DNA of 64,000 nucleotides from Nostoc sp. (GTDB lineage Bacteria; Cyanobacteriota; Cyanobacteriia; Cyanobacteriales; Nostocaceae): NCBI GenBank assembly GCA_036918135.1, contig JBALDB010000020.1, positions 32,001 to 96,000 of the forward strand, read 5' to 3'. Shown piece by piece: positions 9,168 to 19,036 of this stretch (position 1 is its first letter; each line of letters starts with the position of its first letter). The notes under the pieces were generated by a model. It saw only the letters and a program-made list of their open reading frames with translations, ran no database searches and was not told where the DNA came from. The position numbers and the translations under genes were made by a program.

Positions 9168-10157
9168 ATGACCGTATTAATAATCACGTTTAGCCAAGAC
9201 AACGAAAGCATTCCTCTAGTCATCAAAGAAATTGAAGCTAAAGGAGAAAAAGCATTTCGGTTTGATACAGACAGATATCCCACCGAGGTGAAGTTAGATA
9301 TTTACTCTGGTGACATTGAACGGGTAATTATTACTGATGGCGAACAGAAGCTCGATTTGAGTGAGGTTTCCTCAGTTTGGTATCGGCGGATGCGCTACGG
9401 ACAAAAAATCCCCGACTCAATGGACAAGCAATACAGAGATGCGTCAATTAATGAATGTCGTGCCACTGTCAGGGGTATGATTGCCAGCCTTCAAGGATTC
9501 CACTTTGATAAAATGTTTCATGTGGATCGGGCTAATAATAAGCAACTACAGTTGCAAGTCGCGCGAGAAGTTGGGCTTTTGACTCCGCGTACCCTAACTT
9601 CAAACAATCCAGAGGCAGTCAAGCAATTTGCTCAAGAGTGTAAGCAAGGTATAGTTACCAAGATGCTTTCTTCCTTTGCTATTTATGATGAGCAGGAGCG
9701 AGAAAACGTTGTGTTCACCACTCCAGTTACAGCCGACGATTTAGAGAACATGGAAGGGTTGTGTTTTTGTCCGATGACATTTCAAGAAAATGTGCCGAAG
9801 GCGCTGGAGTTGCGGACAACTATTGTTGGACACCGCGTATTTACTGCCGCAGTAGATTCCCAAAGCTTGAAAGGATCTACTTACGACTGGCGCAAAGAGG
9901 GCAGAGCCTTAGTTAAAAATTGGCAACCATACAACTTGCCAGAAGATATTGAGAAAAAGCTGCTCAAACTAATGGCTTATTTTGGCTTAAATTATGGAGC
10001 AATTGATATTATTGTCACACCCGATGGTCGTCACGTATTCCTCGAAGTTAACCCAGTCGGGGAATTTTTTTGGATGGAGATCTATTCACCACACTACCCC
10101 ATTTCGCAGGCGATCGCAGAAGTATTGCTGACTAATAAAAATTATGTACTCAATTGA
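9168..10157 (+). CDS. mdnC: Microviridin ATP-grasp ligase, MdnC/MvdD type (lactone-forming)
   Basis: MTVLIITFSQDNESI start at ATG 9168, FRFDTDRYP, KMLSSFAIYD..ENVVFT, PMTFQE, FLEVNPVGEFFW. Confidence 0.9.
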   Translation: MTVLIITFSQDNESIPLVIKEIEAKGEKAFRFDTDRYPTEVKLDIYSGDIERVIITDGEQKLDLSEVSSVWYRRMRYGQKIPDSMDKQYRDASINECRATVRGMIASLQGFHFDKMFHVDRANNKQLQLQVAREVGLLTPRTLTSNNPEAVKQFAQECKQGIVTKMLSSFAIYDEQERENVVFTTPVTADDLENMEGLCFCPMTFQENVPKALELRTTIVGHRVFTAAVDSQSLKGSTYDWRKEGRALVKNWQPYNLPEDIEKKLLKLMAYFGLNYGAIDIIVTPDGRHVFLEVNPVGEFFWMEIYSPHYPISQAIAEVLLTNKNYVLN

Positions 10158-10319
10158 AAAACCCTTTTGTAATAGCGTTCTGTAGAGAAAAGTAGATGCG
10201 ATCGTACCTAAATTTTCTACCGCTTTAAAAGTCAATCGTAAGATTTTTATATTAATTTTTTTGATATTAAATTCTTTATTTAAAATTATGAATTATTTAT
10301 ATTTGGAGATTAAATATTT

Positions 10320-12404
10320 GTGACAAACCTAGTAAATACACGAACAGTTTTGACATTTGATGGAGTAGATGATTATATAGATTTTGGTAGAAACGATATT
10401 GGTGGCGTTTTCGCTCAAGGGAGTTCAGCTTTTACGGTTTCAGGATGGGTAAATCCATATGAGCTAACAAATAAAACCACTAGTTACGGAACGCGCAATG
10501 TATTTTTTGCTCGTTCTTCAGAGAGATACAGTGATAATTTTGAATTCGGCATCAGTGAAACAGGAAACCTAGATGTCTACATAGATGAAAGTGTTAGCAA
10601 AGGTATCAAAACCTTCGGGCAAGGAGAACTAACTATAGAACAATGGCACTTTTTTGCTATTGTTTTTAATAGCGGTCAACTAACCATATATCTTGGCGAT
10701 CGCGAATACAACGATTCTCTCAGAGGTTCATCTTTAAACAAAGCTACAAGTTCTGTAACTCTGGGTGCAACGTTACACAAACAGGTTTATTTCAAAGGAC
10801 AATTAGCAAACATTAGCGTTTGGAATTATCCCTGTACTCAAGCACAAATCCAGACTCATCGTTGTGGCCTAATAGTTGGAGATGAAGCAGGATTAGTGGC
10901 TTACTGGAAATTAGATGACGGACAAGGAACAACAGTTAAAAACCAATCTGGCAAGTCCTATCAAGGAAATTTTCGTGGTAATCCTAGTTGGGATTTAGCA
11001 GAAATTCCATTTGCAACACAATCATCAAATCCAGTTCCATTTGCAGCAGAATTATCCAATCAAGAAGATACTCAAATTGAGACAGCAGTTATTCCCGAAG
11101 AAAATATCTCAACAATAACCACAAATTTATTAGCAGCAACAGTATCGTTAGTTAGCAACGACGAAGACCAACCAAAAGAAACTCAATCAACAGAAACAAA
11201 TAGCGAAGAATCCGAGATTATCCCAACCCTGATAACTCTTCAGTCAGATGAAGAGAAAACTAAAACAGACCAAACCGAAGATCCCAAAAATATCGAACAA
11301 GCACAAACATTAATTCAGGAGGAATCGCCAGAAACCATGAATACAAAAGCGCAGCCCAAGTATAAAATACTTGCCATTGATGGAGGCGGTATTCGGGGCA
11401 TTATTCCTGCATTTCTTTTAGCAGAAATTGAAAGGCGGACACAAAAGCCCATATTTAGCTTGTTTGATTTAATTGCTGGCACTTCCAGCGGTGGAATTTT
11501 GGCACTGGCACTAACTAAACCGCGATTAAGTTCAGAGCTATCTGAGAACTTGTCGCTAGCTGAATACACTGCTGAGGATCTCGTACAACTATTTCTTGAG
11601 TATGGAGTGGAAATCTTTTACGAGCCATTTTTTGAAAGAATACTTGGCCCGATAGAGGATATATTTCTCCAACCCAAATATCCTTCTGAAAGCAAAAAAG
11701 AAATTTTAAACCAATATTTTGGCAACGCTTTTTTAGAAAGTAATCTTAAAGAAGTTTTTGTAACTAGTTACGATATCGAGCAGCGAATTCCAATATTTTT
11801 TACAAACAAACTAGAAAAAGAAGAGGTAAAATCTAAAAGCGTTCGCAAGTTATCTAAGGGTTTTTCGCTCTTAGATGCAGCATTGGCAACTACTGCCACT
11901 CCTACTTATTTTGCTCCTCATCGAATTATAGATCCTCACAATAGCAGCATTGCCTATACTTTAATCGATGGTGGAGTGTTTGCTAATAATCCAGCCCATT
12001 TAGCTATTTTGGAAGCACAAACTAATAGTAAAAGAAAAGAAAAACAAGTCCTCAACACAGAAGATATTTTAGTAGTTTCTTTAGGTACGGGTTCGTTGAC
12101 GAGCGCCTACCTTTATAAAGAAGTCAAAAATTGGGGACTCTTACAATGGGGAAGACCGCTTTTAAATATTGTATTTGACGGTGGCAGCGAAGTGGTGTCT
12201 GGACAATTAGAACAGTTGTTTGAATCTAGCGATGGAGAAGCTAAAAGTTTTTATTATCGTTTTCAAACATTTTTAGATGAGGAACTAGAAGAGATAGACA
12301 ATACCAAATTACAAAATACTCGTCAGCTACAAGCTGTAGCCCAGCGCCTAATTTCTGAAAAAAGTCAACAAATTGATGAACTCTGTAGTCTTTTGTTGGG
12401 CTAA
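10320..12404 (+). CDS. LamG/ConA-like lectin domain + acidic linker + patatin-like phospholipase
   Basis: LamG motifs FDGVDDYI, WHFFAIV, LVAYWKLDDG. E/T/Q-rich linker. Patatin motifs DGGGIRG, GTSSG (catalytic Ser), DGGVFANNP. Confidence 0.88.
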   Translation: MTNLVNTRTVLTFDGVDDYIDFGRNDIGGVFAQGSSAFTVSGWVNPYELTNKTTSYGTRNVFFARSSERYSDNFEFGISETGNLDVYIDESVSKGIKTFGQGELTIEQWHFFAIVFNSGQLTIYLGDREYNDSLRGSSLNKATSSVTLGATLHKQVYFKGQLANISVWNYPCTQAQIQTHRCGLIVGDEAGLVAYWKLDDGQGTTVKNQSGKSYQGNFRGNPSWDLAEIPFATQSSNPVPFAAELSNQEDTQIETAVIPEENISTITTNLLAATVSLVSNDEDQPKETQSTETNSEESEIIPTLITLQSDEEKTKTDQTEDPKNIEQAQTLIQEESPETMNTKAQPKYKILAIDGGGIRGIIPAFLLAEIERRTQKPIFSLFDLIAGTSSGGILALALTKPRLSSELSENLSLAEYTAEDLVQLFLEYGVEIFYEPFFERILGPIEDIFLQPKYPSESKKEILNQYFGNAFLESNLKEVFVTSYDIEQRIPIFFTNKLEKEEVKSKSVRKLSKGFSLLDAALATTATPTYFAPHRIIDPHNSSIAYTLIDGGVFANNPAHLAILEAQTNSKRKEKQVLNTEDILVVSLGTGSLTSAYLYKEVKNWGLLQWGRPLLNIVFDGGSEVVSGQLEQLFESSDGEAKSFYYRFQTFLDEELEEIDNTKLQNTRQLQAVAQRLISEKSQQIDELCSLLLG

Positions 12405-12560
12405 ATCAGATTGCTTGGATGTTACACCAGGCAACTGGCGTACATTTTAGAATCGCCAAGCTTAGGTGCAACAAGTAAAATTTTTAATTGCTGCAAAAAA
12501 GAAATTAGTAATTAATTTCTGAGTCATGTTTTCACCTTATGAGGATTGTAGGTAAATACA

Positions 12561-12956
12561 ATGGATGAACTCGTCAAAAAAATTGCTGGTTTAGGTCTTC
12601 CTGGCATACTTTTCGTGATTGCAACGTCTGCATCAGGAGGTAGTGTCGCCGCCGTTGTTGCTATGCTTTCATCGCTGGGCGGCCCGTTAGGCCTCTTAGG
12701 AGGTTTAGGGCTGCTTGGTCTAGTAGCCATTTTAGGGGAATATATAACATCATTTGGGATTGAAAGCATTCTCAAGCTCATTTATACAGAACGTAGCAAA
12801 ACCGAATCTGTGAGATTTCTTCTCAAAGAAATTAAAGAATTACCCATTACAGATGACCTAAAACTTAAACTAAAACATCATATTAGCCCAGTAGTCGTTA
12901 CTGAGCCTAACGAAGGCGGTTTTCCGAGAACAGTCGAAATTGTTGATGAGGATTAA
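12561..12956 (+). CDS. Small Gly-rich membrane protein, hypothetical
   Basis: Gly/Leu-rich hydrophobic N-terminal half with GxxxG-like pattern; co-directional with neighbours. Confidence 0.7.
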   Translation: MDELVKKIAGLGLPGILFVIATSASGGSVAAVVAMLSSLGGPLGLLGGLGLLGLVAILGEYITSFGIESILKLIYTERSKTESVRFLLKEIKELPITDDLKLKLKHHISPVVVTEPNEGGFPRTVEIVDED

Positions 12957-13003
12957 CCTAGTACATTCAAGAGGAGCTAAAAATTTTTAATTTCTAAAAG
13001 TAA

Positions 13004-13046
13004 AAATGGCCTCTGAGTCAGTCTAACTAATCCTCAAAGGCCATTT
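13004..13046 (+). terminator. Stem-loop, possible terminator/stabiliser
   Basis: AAATGGCCTCTGAG ... CTCAAAGGCCATTT inverted arms with one mismatch. Confidence 0.45.
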
Positions 13047-13088
13047 CAAAATCAATAGTCTAATTAATAACGGCTACATCTTTAGAAC

Positions 13089-15095
13089 ATGCAAACTCCA
13101 TCTGTACGCGAGCAAAACACAATAAATCCTTTTTCAGCATTAACTCAATTTTGGGAGGATGTCAAAGTAGTTGCTCAACCTTATTGGTATCCAACAACAG
13201 CAGAAGGACGAGCATTTTCAGATGTAATTCGTTCATGGGGAATGCTTATCGTCCTAGTATTATTAATAGTCGTAATTGTAGGTGTAAATGCTGCAAATAG
13301 CTACTGGAATCGGTATGTAATTGATATTGTTATTGAAGAAAGAAATCTGGAGAAATATAATAGTACTTTATGGCTGTCCAGTCTCATTATTGTCGGGATA
13401 GTTTTGTTAGTAACTCTTTTGAGATATGTCAGAAAAAAAATAATTCTTGACTGGTACAAGTGGCTAAACATTCATGTTTTAAAAAAATATTTAAGCAATC
13501 AAGCTTATTATAAAATTAATTTTAAATCTGATGTAGATAATCCAGATCAACGTTTATCACAGGAAATAGAACCTATTACTAGTATTGCTGTGAGATTCTC
13601 ATCTTCTCTACTAGAAAAAACTTTAGAAATGGGAAGTGCTTTGATAATTATCTGGACAGTTTCTTCACAAATTGCAATTTATTTAGTTATTTATACAATT
13701 ATAGGTAATTTAATAGCTGTTTACTTGAATCAAGCAATAAATAAAGTTAACCAAGAAGAACTTGTATTTAAAGCAGACTTTGCTTACTGCTTAACTCATG
13801 TTCGGAATCACGCTGAATCAATCGCTTTTTTTCAGGGTGAAGATGAAGAATTAAACATAATTCAGCGGCGATTTGATAATGTTTTAAAAACTGCTGAACG
13901 CAGACTTAATTTAGAGAGAGGACAAGACGCTTTTGGCAGAGCCTATCAGTCTGCTATTAGTGTATTTTCGATGTTCATACTTACACCTTTATTTCTTCAG
14001 GATCGAATTGATTATGGAGAAATTAATCAAGCTAGTTTTGCTTGCTTTATGTTTTCTAATGCTCTAGGAGAACTAATAGCTGAGTTTGCGATTTCAGGGC
14101 GATTTTCTGGCTATGTAAAGCGTTTAGCAGAGTTTTCAGATGCGCTAGAGGGTGTTAGTAAACAACCAGAGAAGGTGAGTACTATTCAAATTCTAGAAGA
14201 AGAACGTTTAGCTTTTGAGAATGTCACTTTGCAAACCCCAAATTATGAACAGGTAATTGTTGAAGATTTGTCAATTGCTGTTGGGCCAGGCGAAGGGTTA
14301 TTGATTGTTGGCCCTAGTGGTAGGGGTAAGAGTTCTTTGTTAAGAGCGATCGCAGGTTTGTGGAATGCTGGAACTGGTCGTCTAGTGCGTCCTCCCCTAA
14401 AAGAAGTCTTATTCTTACCCCAACGCCCTTATATCATTTTAGGGACTTTGCGCGAACAGTTACTTTATCCGCATATAGACCGGAAAATGAGCGACAAAGA
14501 ACTCGAACAAATTTTGCAACAAGTTAAGCTGCAACACTTACTTACCCGCGTAGATGGCTTTGATACAGAAGTTGCCTGGGAAAATATACTGTCGTTAGGA
14601 GAACAACAACGCCTCGCTTTTGCACGGCTATTAATTACACATCCTAGTTTCACTATTTTAGATGAAGCAACGAGTGCTTTAGATTTAATTAATGAAAGTA
14701 ATTTATATCGACAGTTACAATCAACGAAAACAACTTTTATCAGTGTTGGGCATAGAGAAAGCTTATTTAATTATCATCAATGGGTATTAGAACTTTCACA
14801 AGAATCTAATTGGCAACTTGTTTCTGTACAAGATTATCAATTACAAAAAGGAATTGCTGTTAACCCATCACCAAAGGAGCAAACTACGATAGATATTTAC
14901 CCTAAAATTAAATCAGAATCACCAGCGAATAGCACAATTGTAGGGCTTTCTCATAAACAGCTTCAGACATTAACCCACTATTCTCTTACTACTATCAGGA
15001 CTAAGGCTAGTCAAGGAAAGCCTGTGACTACTAAAGATGGTATAATCTACCGCTATAACAAAAACCTAGAGGTATTGAAATGGATAACAGATTAA
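13089..15095 (+). CDS. Second ABC transporter fused permease/ATPase, paralog of 5161..7152 (MdnE-like candidate)
   Basis: Same motifs (PYWYPT, DNPDQRL, GPSGRGKS, LSLGEQQR); near-identical NBD and homologous C-terminal tail. Confidence 0.93.
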   Translation: MQTPSVREQNTINPFSALTQFWEDVKVVAQPYWYPTTAEGRAFSDVIRSWGMLIVLVLLIVVIVGVNAANSYWNRYVIDIVIEERNLEKYNSTLWLSSLIIVGIVLLVTLLRYVRKKIILDWYKWLNIHVLKKYLSNQAYYKINFKSDVDNPDQRLSQEIEPITSIAVRFSSSLLEKTLEMGSALIIIWTVSSQIAIYLVIYTIIGNLIAVYLNQAINKVNQEELVFKADFAYCLTHVRNHAESIAFFQGEDEELNIIQRRFDNVLKTAERRLNLERGQDAFGRAYQSAISVFSMFILTPLFLQDRIDYGEINQASFACFMFSNALGELIAEFAISGRFSGYVKRLAEFSDALEGVSKQPEKVSTIQILEEERLAFENVTLQTPNYEQVIVEDLSIAVGPGEGLLIVGPSGRGKSSLLRAIAGLWNAGTGRLVRPPLKEVLFLPQRPYIILGTLREQLLYPHIDRKMSDKELEQILQQVKLQHLLTRVDGFDTEVAWENILSLGEQQRLAFARLLITHPSFTILDEATSALDLINESNLYRQLQSTKTTFISVGHRESLFNYHQWVLELSQESNWQLVSVQDYQLQKGIAVNPSPKEQTTIDIYPKIKSESPANSTIVGLSHKQLQTLTHYSLTTIRTKASQGKPVTTKDGIIYRYNKNLEVLKWITD

Positions 15096-15320
15096 GACTA
15101 TTTATACTTTTTAAAATCCAATTATTGAGAGGATATTTAAAGAATCAGAATACAGCTTGTAGAATCATCAGAGAAAATGCTGGTATGGAAATTATGCAAA
15201 ACAGCTATGATAAAGTAATTTTATCTGCTTGAACAAGAATAACTTGATGAATGTAATCACAAAAATCTTCAGTGTTGAATTGAGTAACAGGTTAGTAACT
15301 ATTTGTATATTTTATAATCA

Positions 15321-17006
15321 GTGATGCTAGCTAGAAAGCAAAAACAATTAGTTACTTATAAATCTATTACGATTTATAAAAAACATTATAAATTTCCTAC
15401 TTTAAAAAATCCAAAACTAAAAAAAGCTCAAAGAAAAATTAGAAAATGCCAAAGCATAATTAAAGAAGGTACTCAATATTATTCTTATTTTTGGGGAATA
15501 ATCAGACTGAGAAAAGAAATTACTCAAGAACAAATTTTAGCAGAAGTTAAATTGTTAATTAAAGATTATACTCAACTTTTTGATTTTTTAGAAAATTATA
15601 AAGATAGTTATCAAGATTTTTTATTAAAATTTATAGATGACTGGAAAAATTTGTTTAACCAAAAGTATCATGAAATTAAAAAAGTCAATGAAGAAAGAAA
15701 TAAGCTAGAGATAAAGAATTATAAAAATCTTCAAGTAATTAACCAATTAAAATGGGAAAAAGAAGAAAATATAAAATCTATTGTGCTATTAAGTAATACT
15801 AACTTATTAATTTTAGAAAAGGTTAAACTACTTAGTGAAGGAATTAAAAATTTAGCTGAAGATACTAAAAATCAAAAGCAAGCTATCGGGCAAATACTTA
15901 AAGATATAGAGGTGTATCAAGAAATTTATGAATACAAACTCAGAGCTACAAAAATTCGTCAAGAAATAGCAAAAATAGCTGAAACAGCAATTAATCTTGA
16001 AAACTCACTACAAGATTACTTTAGCCCGTTTCAGTCTTTAATAGATGAGGTAGTCAAAGTAGATGCTGATTTTTATACAACTGTAGGAGAAATTCAAAAT
16101 TTAGCAAGTAGTACTCTAAATTCTCAAGTTAATTTATTAACGATACAAGATACTAATATTAATTCTCATGACATCCTCAATTTATTAGTAGCAAGTTATG
16201 AAAAAAAAGATAGACTGCAAAATGCTTTTTTTCAATCAGAACTATTAAATTTGCAAGTTCATGATTTTGATTTAACTAAAGAGGAGATAACTTTAAATCA
16301 AGCGATTGACCTAATATCTGATTATATGTCTACTCAACTGCTTGCTCAAAAAATAGTGCTAGGGATAGTAGAAACAGATATTGTTTTTGATTCTCAGCTT
16401 TCTATTGAAAAGACAGAATTGGCGGAACAACGTAATAATGATATTGAGTTTGCCATAGAAATTAAAAGTAATTGGAATATTGATTACAGTAAATTGCAAA
16501 ATCTGCTTAGACAGTACAAGTGGCAAGAAGCTGATATTGAAACTGCTAAATTAATGCTACAAGTCATGGGTAAGAATGATTGGAATGAAGTTTATAAAGA
16601 AGATATTCTTAACTTTTCATGTGAAGCTTTTCATAAAATTGATCGACTTTGGCGACAATACAGTAATGGTTACTTTGGCTTTAGTGTTCAGCAAAGTATT
16701 TGGAACGAAATAGGCGGTCAAATAGATTATGAAACAGAAAAAAGACTTGCCGATCGCCTGGGTTGGCGAAGAGAAGGAAACTGGTTAGACTATGAGCAAC
16801 TAACTTTTAAATTATCCCCAGCAACACCAATTGGACACCTACCAGCCAAATGGTTACACTACGACCCATATAGCTCTGACTTATCTCCATCATCTACAGA
16901 ATACCTTTCAATGGGAGCTTGGCGAGTAAAATCTTGGTTAGTCTGGCAGATGCACCTATTCTTTTCTCGTGTAAAAAGTTGTCACGAAACTTTTATAGTG
17001 CGTTAA
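15321..17006 (+). CDS. Coiled-coil protein with C-terminal GUN4-like domain
   Basis: DYSKLQNLL..WQEADIET, IDRLWRQYSNGYFGFSVQ..IW, GWRREGNW, P.GHLP are GUN4 hallmarks. Confidence 0.85.
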   Translation: MMLARKQKQLVTYKSITIYKKHYKFPTLKNPKLKKAQRKIRKCQSIIKEGTQYYSYFWGIIRLRKEITQEQILAEVKLLIKDYTQLFDFLENYKDSYQDFLLKFIDDWKNLFNQKYHEIKKVNEERNKLEIKNYKNLQVINQLKWEKEENIKSIVLLSNTNLLILEKVKLLSEGIKNLAEDTKNQKQAIGQILKDIEVYQEIYEYKLRATKIRQEIAKIAETAINLENSLQDYFSPFQSLIDEVVKVDADFYTTVGEIQNLASSTLNSQVNLLTIQDTNINSHDILNLLVASYEKKDRLQNAFFQSELLNLQVHDFDLTKEEITLNQAIDLISDYMSTQLLAQKIVLGIVETDIVFDSQLSIEKTELAEQRNNDIEFAIEIKSNWNIDYSKLQNLLRQYKWQEADIETAKLMLQVMGKNDWNEVYKEDILNFSCEAFHKIDRLWRQYSNGYFGFSVQQSIWNEIGGQIDYETEKRLADRLGWRREGNWLDYEQLTFKLSPATPIGHLPAKWLHYDPYSSDLSPSSTEYLSMGAWRVKSWLVWQMHLFFSRVKSCHETFIVR

Positions 17007-17062
17007 TCGCACATCTGTTCATAATCAGAAAAATTAGAACTAAAGCTAATTTGAGGATAGAT

Positions 17063-17482
17063 ATGACTAGTAAGCATTCTGATATAGAAATAGAAATTTT
17101 ACTTTTGGGAAAATGGCGTTTTAATACTGATTCAGAGAAAATTACTATTGAATTTAAAGATGATATGACTTATGAACAAACTAGGATTCAAACATTGCTT
17201 TTTTCTAAACCTAAAGAACTTATGACAGGTAATAAATTTACTGGAGTATGGTACGTAAATAAGAAAATATTGTATTTAAATGTTAAAAATCTGCCAAAAT
17301 CATTTTTGAATTTAAGGATACCACTAGCTTTTAAGATTTCGCTTGCAGATATAATAGCTACTTTAGGTTCAGTGTTTATGACAGAAAATTACGAAGTGGT
17401 GAGAATTAATAGTTCTAAATTTCTTATAAAGGATAAGGAGCAATTAATTGTTGGGACAAAAATTAATACTAGGAAGTACTAG
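17063..17482 (+). CDS. Hypothetical protein (beta-rich, LLGKWRF motif)
   Basis: ATG at 17063 with GAGGA upstream, in frame with track ORF 16919..17482. Confidence 0.6.
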   Translation: MTSKHSDIEIEILLLGKWRFNTDSEKITIEFKDDMTYEQTRIQTLLFSKPKELMTGNKFTGVWYVNKKILYLNVKNLPKSFLNLRIPLAFKISLADIIATLGSVFMTENYEVVRINSSKFLIKDKEQLIVGTKINTRKY

Positions 17483-17679
17483 ACCTAACGGGGCGATATG
17501 AAAGATAGGATGCATTTATAATCAGTATGACCTCGTTAAATATTTCGCTGCTAAAGAGAATCAAGATTTAGGAGTAGTCAAATCTCTCTGAAAGCTAGTC
17601 TCAAAGATCGATTTATTTCCTTTCCCTGCTCCCTCTTGACAAATGACAAATGTGCCATTGCCTTAACCTCTCACTGATA

Positions 17680-17790
17680 CCCATAAATGGTGGATTCTCT
17701 ACAATTGCATCAAATCCTAACTTTTGATTATCCCTCTTAGTAAGCACTTTAGTACTTTTCTTGCTACCTTTATCAGTTATAAATTTTGAT
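17680..17790 (-). pseudogene. Possible remnant of an N6-adenine DNA methyltransferase (type IIG/Eco57I-like)
   Basis: Reads GFDAIVENPPFMG, close to motif IV context GFDAIVGNPPF/Y. Short fragment abutting the IS630. Confidence 0.4.
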
Positions 17791-17795
17791 TTATA

Positions 17796-18944
17796 TAGCA
17801 ATCCTAAATCATTTGTGAAAAATCACAGTTGTTGATATGGTAAAAGTTGGAAGTAATGATATGGTGCATGGCAGCAGTACAGATGGAAGAGTTGATAGAG
17901 TTCATTCAGGCGAACCCAGACCCCAGAGAACTAAAACGAGCACTAGCTGTACAAATGATGATACAAAACTATAAACATTCAACAATTGGAAATATTTTGG
18001 GAGTGTCTGTAGGTTTTGTAAACAAATGGAAATATATTTTTTTAGAACAGGGTGTCGTCGGACTGAAGCTGAGATATAAAGGCTCAAAAAGTTATCTTGA
18101 CCCTGCACAAAAAGAAATTGTATTAACCTGGCTTCAACAGAAGAATTATTGGCATTTATCAGAATTACAAGGGTATCTAGAAGATAATTTTGATGTAGTT
18201 TTTGAGTCGAATCAAAGCTATTACGACTTGTTTAAGCAGGCTAATATAAGTTGGAAGAAGACACAGAAAAGTAATCCCCGCAAAGACCCTGAAATAGTAG
18301 CAAAAAAAAACTAGAAATAGCAGCGTGGCTTTCTGCACACCAGCATCAGATAGTATCTGGGGAACTCGTAGTTTTTTTTGAAGATGAATGCCATCTGTTG
18401 TGGGGAGATATTTGTGGTTATATTTGGGGTAACACCAAGGAACGAATTGAAGTTCCAGTTCTCAATGAACGGCAACGACAAACTTATTTCGGCGCTCTAA
18501 ATTATTACACACAAGAGTTTTTAATTAAGCCTTGCAAAAAAGGTGATTCTAGCAATGCGTTAGCGAAGCGGGGCGGAACGCACGTCGCTTTCGTAGAATA
18601 TTTAATTTCTCAGTACCCAAAAAGCCGTATTGCTTTAATTTGGGATGGAGCTAGTTATCATCGCTCTGCTGAATTTAAAGCTTATCTAGATAATCTGAAT
18701 CAAGGCTTAAATGAAGACGAGTATCAAGTTACTTGTCTCTTATTTGCACCTAATGACCCAACGCAAAATCCTGTAGAGGATATCTGGTTGCACGCTAAAA
18801 ACTTTATTCGAGAGTTTTACCACTTATGTAAATCATTTTCTCATATCAAAAGATTATTTGAATTCGTTACTCATCATCAGTTTTTTAACTTTCCGAAAAT
18901 ATTTATGTATGGTTAATTTTTTCACAACTCATTTAGGATCGCTA
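17796..18944 (+). mobile_element. IS630-family insertion sequence, complete, with TA target duplication
   Basis: Left end TAGCAATCCTAAATCATTTGTGAAAAA. Right end (reverse complement) TAGCGATCCTAAATGAGTTGTGAAAAA. TA at 17794-95 and 18945-46. Confidence 0.92.
17847..18916 (+). CDS. IS630 transposase in two frames joined by -1 frameshift at A9 run (18302-18310)
   Basis: OrfA has an HTH and ends SWKK..AKKN*. The -1 frame continues with FEDECHL, IWDGASYH, QNPVEDIW (DDE triad). Confidence 0.9.
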
Positions 18945-19036
18945 TAGTTCTTCTAAACGTTCAGGTGATTGATTTTTTATTTGATATAAACTCGCGTGGA
19001 AAAACTTACTAGAGAAGAGTGGAAATCCTGTAATCT

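Noticed and set aside
11337..12404. Patatin as a CBASS CapV-type effector
   Set aside because: No CD-NTase or other CBASS gene nearby; the context is a peptide biosynthetic region.
18302..18314. IS630 frameshift as an inactivating mutation
   Set aside because: A-run -1 frameshifts between the HTH and DDE parts are common programmed features in IS630 elements.
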